This document shows, piece by piece, positions 17,596-26,591 of a stretch of 45,693 nucleotides of DNA. The position numbers were made by a program, and so were the translations under genes. Source of the stretch: a virus (taxonomy: Duplodnaviria; Heunggongvirae; Uroviricota; Caudoviricetes); the IMG/VR virus record IMGVR_UViG_2711768011_000016. One strand, 5' to 3'. The first letter of the stretch is position 1. Every line of letters starts with the position of its first letter. A model generated the notes under the pieces. It made no database searches. It was not told the origin of the DNA and saw only the letters and a list, made by a program, of their open reading frames with translations.

Positions 17596-19697
17596 TGCTG
17601 AATCAGGAAACCGCAAAGGCAGCACGAACCGATTCAGGTTATATCCTTCGCGCACCGAGACGAATGCGGGTTGCTGATGCCGTTGCTCAGTATATGCGGG
17701 TGCCCATGGGGGCAGGGAACTCAGTCCCGTGGGATCCGCTGGTGGCACCGTATGTTATTGAGCCGATGAACTGCCTGGCCTCGCGTGAATACGACGCAGT
17801 GATATTTGTTGGCCCGGCACGAACCGGCAAGACTATCGGCCTGATTGACGGCTGGGTGATTTACAACGTGATTTGCGATCCTGCTGATATGCTGATCATT
17901 CAGATGACGGAGGAAAAAGCCCGCGAACACTCCAAAAAACGACTCGCCAGAACGTTTCGCGTCAGCCCGGAAGTGGTCAGTCGCCTGAGTCCGAACAAAA
18001 ATGACAACAACGTTTATGACAGAACATTCCTTGCTGGTAACTACCTGAAAATCGGCTGGCCGTCAGTCAATATCATGTCCTCATCAGATTATAAATGCGT
18101 CGCGCTGACGGATTATGACCGTTTTCCGGAAGATATTGATGGCGAGGGGGATGCTTTCTCTCTTGCCTCAAAACGTACCACAACATTTATGTCCAGTGGT
18201 ATGACGCTTGTGGAGAGTTCCCCCGGCAGGGATGTGAAGGATGTGAAATGGCGACGGACTTCACCGCATGAGGCTCCACCAACCACGGGGATACTGTCGC
18301 TCTATAACCGTGGCGATCGCCGTCGCTGGTACTGGCCCTGTCCACACTGTGGTGAGTATTTTCAGCCCTGCGGCGATGTGGTTGCTGGTTTCCGTGATAT
18401 TGCCGATCCCGTGCTGGCAAGTGAGGCGGCTTATATTCAGTGTCCTTCCTGTTCAGGACGGATTATGCCTGAACACAAACGTGAGCTGAACGGACGTGGG
18501 GTCTGGTTGCGGGATGGTGAATCCATCAATGCGGATGGCAGTCGTTATGGTGATCCCCGACGCTCACGTATTGCGTCATTCTGGATGGAGGGTCCGGCAG
18601 CTGCTTACCAGACACTCTCGCAACTCGTTTACAAACTGCTTACTGCAGAACAGGAATACGAGACAACCGGAAGTGAAGAAACACTCAAGACGGTTATCAA
18701 TACCGACTGGGGATTACCTTATCTTCCCCGCGCCAGCATGGAGCAACGAAAAAGTGAACTGCTTGAGCAGCGGGCAGAGCCAGTTCCTTCCCGCAGTGTG
18801 CCGGATGGCGTTAATTTCCTTGTGGCGACAGTGGATGTGCAGGCGGGACGTCATCGCCGTTTTGTGGTTCAGGTAACGGGCTATGGCAGCCGTGGCGAAC
18901 GCTGGATTATTGATCGTTACAACATCACGCAGTCATTGCGCGGTGACAGCGACGGGGAGAGCCAGCGAATTGATCCGGCCAGCTATCCGGAAGACTGGGA
19001 TGTCCTGCTGACGGATGTTTTTCATAAAAGCTGGCCGCTGGCCTCCGATCCTTCTCAACAAATGCGACTGATGGCAATGGCGGTGGACTCCGGCGGTGAA
19101 GACGGGGTCACTGATAATGCCTATAAATTCTGGCGTCGTTGCCGTCGTGATGGCCTTGGTAAACGTATTTACCTGTTTAAGGGCGACAGCATCCGGCGCG
19201 CAAAACTGATCACCCGTACATTCCCTGATAACACCGGACGAACGGGCCGACGGGCGCAGGCCGCAGGTGATGTGCCGCTCTGGCTTCTTCAGACGGATGC
19301 ACTGAAAGACCGGGTGAATAACGCGTTATGGCGTGACTCGCCAGGTCCCGGCTATGTGCATTTCCCTGACTGGCTGGGGAGCTGGTTTTACGACGAACTG
19401 ACGTATGAAGAGCGGAGCAGTGACGGGAAATGGAGTAAGCCGGGTCGCGGTGCCAACGAAGCTTTTGACCTGATGGTGTATGCCGAGGCTCTGGTCATTC
19501 TGCATGGATACGAAAAGATCCGCTGGCCGGATGCACCGGAGTGGGCGAGCCGGGAAACCTGGCTGGAGTGTGTCCCGGACAGTACCGAACCGTCACCCTC
19601 ACCGGAACCGGTATCCACGCCTGTTAAAAAACAAAAACGGAAGAAAACAGTAACTGACGATGTTAACCCCTGGCTGACTTCCGGAGGATGGTTATGA
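17595..19697 (+). CDS. terminase large subunit (lambda gpA family)
   Basis: 700 aa; Walker A motif VGPARTGKT; size and position match gpA. Confidence 0.85.
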   Translation: MLNQETAKAARTDSGYILRAPRRMRVADAVAQYMRVPMGAGNSVPWDPLVAPYVIEPMNCLASREYDAVIFVGPARTGKTIGLIDGWVIYNVICDPADMLIIQMTEEKAREHSKKRLARTFRVSPEVVSRLSPNKNDNNVYDRTFLAGNYLKIGWPSVNIMSSSDYKCVALTDYDRFPEDIDGEGDAFSLASKRTTTFMSSGMTLVESSPGRDVKDVKWRRTSPHEAPPTTGILSLYNRGDRRRWYWPCPHCGEYFQPCGDVVAGFRDIADPVLASEAAYIQCPSCSGRIMPEHKRELNGRGVWLRDGESINADGSRYGDPRRSRIASFWMEGPAAAYQTLSQLVYKLLTAEQEYETTGSEETLKTVINTDWGLPYLPRASMEQRKSELLEQRAEPVPSRSVPDGVNFLVATVDVQAGRHRRFVVQVTGYGSRGERWIIDRYNITQSLRGDSDGESQRIDPASYPEDWDVLLTDVFHKSWPLASDPSQQMRLMAMAVDSGGEDGVTDNAYKFWRRCRRDGLGKRIYLFKGDSIRRAKLITRTFPDNTGRTGRRAQAAGDVPLWLLQTDALKDRVNNALWRDSPGPGYVHFPDWLGSWFYDELTYEERSSDGKWSKPGRGANEAFDLMVYAEALVILHGYEKIRWPDAPEWASRETWLECVPDSTEPSPSPEPVSTPVKKQKRKKTVTDDVNPWLTSGGWL

Positions 19698-19906
19698 ACC
19701 AGAATGATATTGAAGCCATGATTCAGCGTTATACGGAAGCTGAAATGGCGGTGCTGGACGGAAAATCCGTCACCTTTAATGGTCAGCAGATGACCATGGA
19801 AAACTTATCTGAGATCCGGCAGGGACGGCAGGAGTGGGAGCGCCGCCTTGCGGCTCTGATTACACGACGACGGGGGCATCCCGGGTACCGGCTGGCGAGG
19901 TTCTGA
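19694..19906 (+). CDS. head-tail joining protein W-like
   Basis: About 70 aa with GGAGG RBS, between terminase and portal; C-terminal RRRGHPGY resembles gpW. Confidence 0.55.
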   Translation: MNQNDIEAMIQRYTEAEMAVLDGKSVTFNGQQMTMENLSEIRQGRQEWERRLAALITRRRGHPGYRLARF

Positions 19907-21414
19907 TGGCAATTCTTGATGATGTGATTGGCGTTTTTTCACCAGGATGGAAAGCGGCAAGGCTGCGTTCCCGTGCGGTGATCCAGGCTTATGAGGCCGT
20001 AAAAACGACGCGGACACACAAAGGCCGGCGGGAAAACCGAACTGCCGACCAGTTAAGCCAGTACGGGGCCGTGTCGTTACGTGAGCAGGCCCGTTACCTT
20101 GATAACAACCACGATCTGGTTATTGGTGTATTTGACAAGCTGGAAGAACGGGTGGTGGGGAAAAACGGGATTATTGTCGAGCCACATCCGGTATTACGCA
20201 ATGGGGCCATTGCCCGTGACCTGGCTGCGGAGATTCGCACCCGATGGAGTGAATGGTCTGTCAGCCCGGAAGTCACCGGGCAGTTTACCCGTCCGATGCT
20301 GGAACGTCTGATGCTGCGTACCTGGCTGCGCGATGGTGAGGTGTTTGCCCAGATGGTTTCCGGGCGCATAAACAGCCTGACGCCTTCTGCCGGTGTTCAT
20401 TTCTGGCTGGAGGCGCTCGAGCCGGACTTTATTCCCATGACCAGTGATGAGAGCAACAGGCTGAATCAGGGCGTGTTTGTTGATGACTGGGGGCGTCCCG
20501 AAAAATATCTGGTGTATAAAAGCCGTCCCGTATCCGGACGGCAGATGGAAACCAAAGAAGTGGATGCAGAGCGAATGCTGCATCTTAAATTTGTTCGCCG
20601 TCTGCACCAGATGCGCGGGACGTCTTTGTTGTCCGGTGTGCTGATCCGCCTCAGTGCCCTGAAAGATTATGAAGATTATGAGCTGACTGCAGCAAGGATC
20701 GCCGCTGCTCTGGGGATGTACATCCGCAAAGGCGACGGGCAGAGCTATGAACCGGATGGTAATGGCAGCAAGGATAAGGAACGCGAGCTTACCATTCAGC
20801 CAGGCATTATTTACGACGATCTGAAACCCGGCGAAGAAATCGGAATGGTGAAGTCGGATCGCCCCAATCCTAACCTTGAAACTTTTCGTAATGGTCAGTT
20901 GCGTGCCGTGGCGGCGGGCAGTCGTCTGAGTTTTTCCAGTACAGCGCGCAACTATAACGGCACTTACAGCGCCCAGCGTCAGGAGCTGGTTGAATCTACT
21001 GATGGCTACCTGATCCTGCAGGACTGGTTTATTGGTGCCGTCACCCGCCCGATGTATCGTGCATGGCTGAAACAGGCTGTGGCATCCGGTGTTATCAGGC
21101 TACCCCGCGATCTTGACCGTTCTTCACTGTATACCGCGGTGTATTCCGGACCGGTGATGCCGTGGATTGACCCTGTTAAGGAGGCTGAGGCCTGGAAAAT
21201 CCAGATTCGTGGTGGAGCGGCGACAGAATCAGACTGGGTACGTGCAGGTGGTCGTAATCCGGATGATGTCAAACGTCGGCGCAAGGCCGAAATTGATGAA
21301 AACCGCAAGCTGGATCTGGTATTTGATACCGATCCGGCCAGTGATAAAGGAGGCAGCAGTGCCGCAACGAAACGACAGGAGCCGCAGCACACCGACGACC
21401 AGTCCGAAGAATAA
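19906..21414 (+). CDS. portal protein (lambda gpB family)
   Basis: About 500 aa, start overlapping the W stop (TGATG); position and size match gpB. Confidence 0.8.
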   Translation: MAILDDVIGVFSPGWKAARLRSRAVIQAYEAVKTTRTHKGRRENRTADQLSQYGAVSLREQARYLDNNHDLVIGVFDKLEERVVGKNGIIVEPHPVLRNGAIARDLAAEIRTRWSEWSVSPEVTGQFTRPMLERLMLRTWLRDGEVFAQMVSGRINSLTPSAGVHFWLEALEPDFIPMTSDESNRLNQGVFVDDWGRPEKYLVYKSRPVSGRQMETKEVDAERMLHLKFVRRLHQMRGTSLLSGVLIRLSALKDYEDYELTAARIAAALGMYIRKGDGQSYEPDGNGSKDKERELTIQPGIIYDDLKPGEEIGMVKSDRPNPNLETFRNGQLRAVAAGSRLSFSSTARNYNGTYSAQRQELVESTDGYLILQDWFIGAVTRPMYRAWLKQAVASGVIRLPRDLDRSSLYTAVYSGPVMPWIDPVKEAEAWKIQIRGGAATESDWVRAGGRNPDDVKRRRKAEIDENRKLDLVFDTDPASDKGGSSAATKRQEPQHTDDQSEE

Positions 21415-21427
21415 TTCCTGGTTCAGG

Positions 21428-23386
21428 ATGCAGGCTGGTCACCAGAGTGACGCGGATATTTATATTTATGACGAGATTGGTTTCTGGGGTGTTACAGCGA
21501 AGCAGTTTATCAGTGATCTGAATGCACTGGGCGATATCACCCACATTAATCTCCATATTAATTCACCGGGTGGCGATGTCTTTGAAGGCATCGCCATTTT
21601 TAATGCGCTGAAAACACATGGTGCGTCCATTACCGTTTATGTCGACGGTGTGGCGGCGTCAATGGCGTCGGTCATTGCGATGGTGGGAAACCCGGTCATT
21701 ATGCCGGAAAACACCTTCATGATGATTCATAAACCATTTGGCTTTACGGGCGGTGATGCGGAGGACATGCGCACCTATGCCGACCTGCTCGATAAGGTTG
21801 AGGCGGTTCTGTTACCCGCTTATGCACAGAAAACCGGGAAAACCACCGATGAAATTGCTGCCATGCTGGCGGATGAGACCTGGATGTCCGGTGCCGAATG
21901 TCTGGCACAGGGATTTGCTGATCAGGTGACGCCAGCCGTTAAGGCAATGGCATGTATTCAGTCAAAACGTACAGAGGAATTTAAAAAGATGCCGGAATCC
22001 ATTCGAAACATGATTACTCCGCCACGCAACAGTGCTCCACGCGTACAGGATGATGAACCTGCAGCCTCCCGGACGCCAGTGCAGGCAGCAGCACCCGTGG
22101 TGGATGAAAACAGTATCCGTGCGCAGGTACTGGCAGAGCAAAAAGCGCGTGTAAACGGTATTAATGATCTGTTTGCCATGTTTGGCGGGCGTTATCAGAC
22201 GCTGCAGGCTCAGTGTCTTGCCGATCCTGAATGTTCGCTGGAGCAGGCCCGCGAAAAGCTGTTGAACGAGATGGGGCGCGAGTCCACGCCATCCAATAAA
22301 AATACCCCGGCTCATATTTATGCCGGAAACGGTAATTTTGTGGGGGACGGGATCCGCCAGGCGCTGATGGCGCGTGCCGGATTTGAAAAAACCGAACGTG
22401 ATAATGTCTACAACGGGATGACCCTGCGTGAATATGCCCGTATGTCACTGACTGAACGGGGTATTGGGGTTTCCAGTTATAACCCGATGCAGATGGTCGG
22501 TGCGGCGTTCACACACAGTACGTCTGACTTCGGTAATATTCTGCTGGATGTTGCGAACAAAGCCATTCTGCAGGGCTGGGAAGATGCCCCTGAAACCTAT
22601 GAACAGTGGACGCGGAAAGGTCAGTTGTCTGATTTTAAAATTGCCCATCGTGTGGGTATGGGGGGCTTCAGTGCTCTGCGTCAGGTGCGTGAAGGGGCGG
22701 AATATAAATACGTCACCACCGGAGATAAACAGGCCACTATTGCACTGGCGACCTATGGCGAGCTGTTCAGTATCACCCGTCAGGCCATTATCAATGATGA
22801 TCTGAATATGCTGACCGATGTCCCGATGAAACTGGGCCGTGCGGCGAAATCCACTATTGCCGATCTGGTTTATGCCATTCTGACGTCTAACCCGAAAATC
22901 TCCACAGATAATGTAAGTCTGTTCGATAAAGCGAAACATGCAAACGTACTGGATAGCGCTGCAATGGACGTGGCATCGCTGGATAAAGCCCGCCAGTTGA
23001 TGCGCGTTCAGAAAGAGGGGGAGCGTCATCTGAATATTCGTCCTGCGTTCGTACTGGTACCGACGGCGATGGAGTCTGTTGCTAACCAGGTCATTCGCTC
23101 CTCAAGTGTCAAGGGGGCCGACATTAACGCCGGTATTATTAACCCGGTGAAAGATTTTGCGACCGTTATTGCAGAGCCTCGTCTTGATGATAACAGCCAG
23201 ACCACCTTCTACCTGGCTGCGTCAAAAGGCTCCGATACGATTGAAGTGGCTTATCTCAACGGTGTGGATACGCCATATATTGATCAGATGGAGGGCTTCA
23301 GTGTGGATGGCGTGACAACGAAAGTGCGTATTGACGCCGGTGTCGCGCCAGTTGATCACCGCGGTCTGGTGAAATGTACGGCGTAA
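21428..23386 (+). CDS. fused prohead protease (ClpP/S49-like) - scaffold - major capsid protein
   Basis: N-terminal region with the SPGGDV ClpP-like motif, Ala/Gln-rich middle, long C-terminal capsid-like domain; single ORF of about 650 aa. Confidence 0.75.
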   Translation: MQAGHQSDADIYIYDEIGFWGVTAKQFISDLNALGDITHINLHINSPGGDVFEGIAIFNALKTHGASITVYVDGVAASMASVIAMVGNPVIMPENTFMMIHKPFGFTGGDAEDMRTYADLLDKVEAVLLPAYAQKTGKTTDEIAAMLADETWMSGAECLAQGFADQVTPAVKAMACIQSKRTEEFKKMPESIRNMITPPRNSAPRVQDDEPAASRTPVQAAAPVVDENSIRAQVLAEQKARVNGINDLFAMFGGRYQTLQAQCLADPECSLEQAREKLLNEMGRESTPSNKNTPAHIYAGNGNFVGDGIRQALMARAGFEKTERDNVYNGMTLREYARMSLTERGIGVSSYNPMQMVGAAFTHSTSDFGNILLDVANKAILQGWEDAPETYEQWTRKGQLSDFKIAHRVGMGGFSALRQVREGAEYKYVTTGDKQATIALATYGELFSITRQAIINDDLNMLTDVPMKLGRAAKSTIADLVYAILTSNPKISTDNVSLFDKAKHANVLDSAAMDVASLDKARQLMRVQKEGERHLNIRPAFVLVPTAMESVANQVIRSSSVKGADINAGIINPVKDFATVIAEPRLDDNSQTTFYLAASKGSDTIEVAYLNGVDTPYIDQMEGFSVDGVTTKVRIDAGVAPVDHRGLVKCTA

Positions 23387-23410
23387 ACGTCGCAGACAAC
23401 AACTCTGATG

Positions 23411-23429
23411 GCCCGTAAGGGCTTTTTTT
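23411..23429 (+). terminator. short rho-independent terminator/attenuator after the capsid gene
   Basis: gccc-gtaa-gggc followed by TTTTTTT. Confidence 0.45.
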
Positions 23430-23472
23430 GTACCTGAAATCAGCCCCTGAACGGGGCTGTGCGGAGACAGTT

Positions 23473-23796
23473 ATGGCAAAGAATTTTGTAGAAGAAGGAA
23501 AAACGGTGGCGATTGTTGCCAGTGCAGCCATCAGCAGCGGAGATCTGGTGCAGGTGGGTGATGTTTTTGCGGTGGCACTGACCGATATTCCACAGGGTGA
23601 AACAGGCGACGGCCTGACCGAAGGTGTGTTTATGCTGCCTAAGCTGAAAACGGATGACATGAAAACGGGTAAGAAGGTTTATCTGAAGTCCGGAAAAGTT
23701 CAGCTGACTAACAGCGGCTCTGATCCGCTGGTCGGGGTTGTCTGGGCAGATGCCGGAACCAGTGCAGAAGAAGTGCCGGTAAAACTCAATGTCTGA
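23473..23796 (+). CDS. DUF2190-like small head protein (putative decoration/cement)
   Basis: About 107 aa following the capsid gene; family assignment by resemblance only. Confidence 0.45.
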   Translation: MAKNFVEEGKTVAIVASAAISSGDLVQVGDVFAVALTDIPQGETGDGLTEGVFMLPKLKTDDMKTGKKVYLKSGKVQLTNSGSDPLVGVVWADAGTSAEEVPVKLNV

Positions 23797-24064
23797 TCCC
23801 TTTTCCCGGCTGGCAGCGCGTATGGATGCGATCACGGTCAGAAAGATGGGAAAGACAGCCTCGATTAATGATGTCGATATGACTGTGATCCCGGGAGAAA
23901 CACTGGCAGAGCTGAATGCTCTGTCCGGACCTGCGGTCTCTCTGGTGGTGTTTTCTTCGGGATACCGCCCACGGCGCGGGGATCGCGTTGTTTATGACGG
24001 ACAACAATGGACGGTCACACGGCATGAACGCTTTAACGGTAAGCCAATGATCTTTATTGAGTAA
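23789..24064 (+). CDS. head-tail connector protein
   Basis: 91-aa ORF overlapping the upstream stop, in the head-tail joining block. Confidence 0.45.
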   Translation: MSDPFSRLAARMDAITVRKMGKTASINDVDMTVIPGETLAELNALSGPAVSLVVFSSGYRPRRGDRVVYDGQQWTVTRHERFNGKPMIFIE

Positions 24065-24075
24065 AGAGGTGTGGG

Positions 24076-24654
24076 ATGAAGGGGCTTGAGAATGCCATCC
24101 GCAATCTGAACAGCCTTGATACCCGTATGGTGCCACAGGCCAGCGCATGGGCGATAAACCGTGTGGCACAGAAAGCGGTCTCGGTTGCCACCCGGCAGGT
24201 TGCCGGGAATACCGTTGCGGGAGATAACCAGGTGAAAGGGATCCCCCTGAAACTGGTACGTCAGCGTGTCCGGGTGTTTAAAGCCAGTCCGTCAGGAAAA
24301 ATGACGGCCAGGATCCGCGTTAACCGGGGCAATCTGCCCGCCATTAAGCTGGGGACAGCCCGGGTCAGACTGGCCCGGCGTGGTGGAAAACTGCAGTACC
24401 GTGGCAGTGTGCTGAAGGTGGGTAAATATCTTTTCCGGGATGCGTTTATTCAGCAACTGGCGAATGGTCGCTGGCATGTGATGCGGCGTATTGATGGCAA
24501 AAATCGTTACCCCATTGATGTGGTGAAAATCCCGCTGTCCGGACCGCTGACACAGGCATTTGAAGATGCCCGCGACCGCATCATTGCTGCGGAAATGCCG
24601 AAACAGCTGGGGTATGCACTGAAACAACAACTGAGGTTATGGCTGACCCGATGA
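24076..24654 (+). CDS. tail completion protein (gpZ-like)
   Basis: 192 aa, the same length as lambda Z, located before the U and V homologues. Confidence 0.5.
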   Translation: MKGLENAIRNLNSLDTRMVPQASAWAINRVAQKAVSVATRQVAGNTVAGDNQVKGIPLKLVRQRVRVFKASPSGKMTARIRVNRGNLPAIKLGTARVRLARRGGKLQYRGSVLKVGKYLFRDAFIQQLANGRWHVMRRIDGKNRYPIDVVKIPLSGPLTQAFEDARDRIIAAEMPKQLGYALKQQLRLWLTR

Positions 24655-25052
24655 ACCGACATACACAAATCCGCCAGGTCGTACTGGCACGCCTTCGGGA
24701 ACAGTGTGGAGACAGCGCCACGTTTTTTGACGGGCTTCCGGCATTTGTTGATGCGCAGGAACTGCCTGCCGTGGCGGTGTGGCTGAGTGATGCTCAGTAC
24801 ACCGGAAAAATGACGGATGAAGATGACTGGCAGGCTGTTCTGCATATTGCTGTCTTCATCCGGGCACAGGCACCGGATTCAGAGCTGGATATGTGGATGG
24901 AGAGCACCATTTTCCCGGCCTTGAATGATGTACCAGCACTTTCCGGACTCATCGACACCCTGATCCCACTCGGTTTTAACTATCAACGTGATAATGAGAT
25001 GGCCACCTGGGCGATGGCGGAAATCACGTACCAGATCACGTACACGAATTAA
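24639..25052 (+). CDS. U: minor tail protein U-like (tail terminator)
   Basis: About 135 aa immediately upstream of the major tail protein. Confidence 0.55.
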   Translation: MADPMNRHTQIRQVVLARLREQCGDSATFFDGLPAFVDAQELPAVAVWLSDAQYTGKMTDEDDWQAVLHIAVFIRAQAPDSELDMWMESTIFPALNDVPALSGLIDTLIPLGFNYQRDNEMATWAMAEITYQITYTN

Positions 25053-25062
25053 GGAGGTGGTA

Positions 25063-25806
25063 ATGACCACACCAAATCCACTGGCAAAAACGAAAGGTGC
25101 GGGAACGACGTTCTGGATGTATACCGGCAAGGGCGATGCGTTTGCGAACCCTTTATCGGACACTGACTGGCTGCGTCTTGCGATGGTGAAGGATCTGCAA
25201 CCTGGCGAAATGACCGCTGATGCAGAAGATGACACTTATCTCGATGATGAAGATGCAGACTGGAAAACGACAACCCAGGGGCAGAAATCCGTTGGTGATA
25301 CTTCGGCGACGCTGGCCTGGCGTCCGGGTGACAGCGGGCAGAAAAAACTGGTTCAGTTGTTCGACTCCGGTGAAGTCTGCGCGTTTCGTATCAAATATCC
25401 CAACGGTACTGTTGATGTTTTCCGTGGCTGGCTGAGTTCACTGGGTAAAACCATTGCCTCAAAAGACGTGATGACCCGCACAGTGAAAATCAGCGGTGTG
25501 GGGCGTCCGTATCTGGCAGAGGAAGGCACTGAAACAGTGAGCGTTACCGGGCTGACGGTGGCACCGGCATCTGCCAGTGTAAAAGTGGGAGCAACCACCA
25601 CGCTGACCTTTACAGTAAAACCTGACGGAGCCAGTGACAAAGCGATCAGTGTGCATTCGACAGATCCACAGACTGCCACGGTGACCCTGAACGGGCTTGT
25701 GGCCACGGTGAAAGGCGTGAAGCAGGGCAGTGTCAGCATTGTGGGCATGACCGCTGACGGGAATTTTGTGGCAGTGGCTACGGTGACTGTCAGCGCAGCA
25801 GGTTAA
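25063..25806 (+). CDS. V: major tail protein V with C-terminal Ig-like (Big_2) domain
   Basis: AAGGAGG RBS; C-terminal Thr/Val-rich beta-strand region (VTGLTVAPASASVKVGATTTLTFTVKPDG) typical of Big_2. Confidence 0.75.
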   Translation: MTTPNPLAKTKGAGTTFWMYTGKGDAFANPLSDTDWLRLAMVKDLQPGEMTADAEDDTYLDDEDADWKTTTQGQKSVGDTSATLAWRPGDSGQKKLVQLFDSGEVCAFRIKYPNGTVDVFRGWLSSLGKTIASKDVMTRTVKISGVGRPYLAEEGTETVSVTGLTVAPASASVKVGATTTLTFTVKPDGASDKAISVHSTDPQTATVTLNGLVATVKGVKQGSVSIVGMTADGNFVAVATVTVSAAG

Positions 25807-25863
25807 CAGGACGATACTCATCATTTGCCCCGGTTATTCGGGGCTTTTTTACAGGTGGAGAAC

Positions 25864-26253
25864 ATGATGTTTCTGAAACAGGACACGTTTAATTATGAAA
25901 AACAGTCCGTGGTGCTCAGTGAGCTGTCCGGGCTGCAGAGAATTGAATATCTGACGTTTGTTCAGCAGCGAACGGCAAAGTTTGATGCCGGGGAGGGAGA
26001 ACTGCCGGAGGCTGAACGACAGATTGCTTTTCTGCGGATGGGGATGGATATCAATGCCTGGCTGGTTTCCCGCTCACTGTGGAATGCGGAACAGTCTCAG
26101 GATGTTGAGACGCTTTACGCATCCGTTATTACAACATGGTCGTATGATGCCCTGGGTGCGGGGGCGGAGATGGTTCTGTCGCTGAGCGGTATGGGGGCCA
26201 TTGATAATGCCGGGGATTTGGAGCATGAGGGGCTGACGCCGGAAAAGTCCTGA
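25864..26253 (+). CDS. G: tail assembly chaperone G
   Basis: MFLKQDTF ... VLSELSGLQRIEYL resembles lambda gpG; AGGTGGAG RBS. Confidence 0.75.
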   Translation: MMFLKQDTFNYEKQSVVLSELSGLQRIEYLTFVQQRTAKFDAGEGELPEAERQIAFLRMGMDINAWLVSRSLWNAEQSQDVETLYASVITTWSYDALGAGAEMVLSLSGMGAIDNAGDLEHEGLTPEKS

Positions 26254-26591
26254 CGCGGGAAATGCAGTTTGTCATGCGGCTTGCCCGGGAGTTCCGGCGG
26301 GCAGACTGGCGGCGGATGCTGTCGGAAATGTCGGCCACTGAGCTTGGTCAGTGGGGCGATTATTTCCGGATGCAGAGCTTCAGTGATGTGTGGATGGATG
26401 CGCAGTTTGCCTCGCTGAAGGCATTGATCGTGAGAATGGTGTCCGGCAGCAGTGATGCTGCGGTGGCTGATTTCAGCCTTTTACCGGAAGAGAACGGGAT
26501 ACCGGAGCGAACGGACGAAGAACTGATGCATCTTGGGGAAGGTATTTCCGGAGGTGTGCGTTATGGACCAGATAGCCAACCTGGTCATTGA
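26229..26591 (+). CDS. T: tail assembly chaperone T segment (expressed as G-T fusion by -1 frameshift)
   Basis: The -1 frame opens at 26229, overlaps the end of G and runs to 26591, overlapping the tape-measure start, as in lambda G/GT. Confidence 0.5.
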   Translation, partial: GADAGKVLTREMQFVMRLAREFRRADWRRMLSEMSATELGQWGDYFRMQSFSDVWMDAQFASLKALIVRMVSGSSDAAVADFSLLPEENGIPERTDEELMHLGEGISGGVRYGPDSQPGH

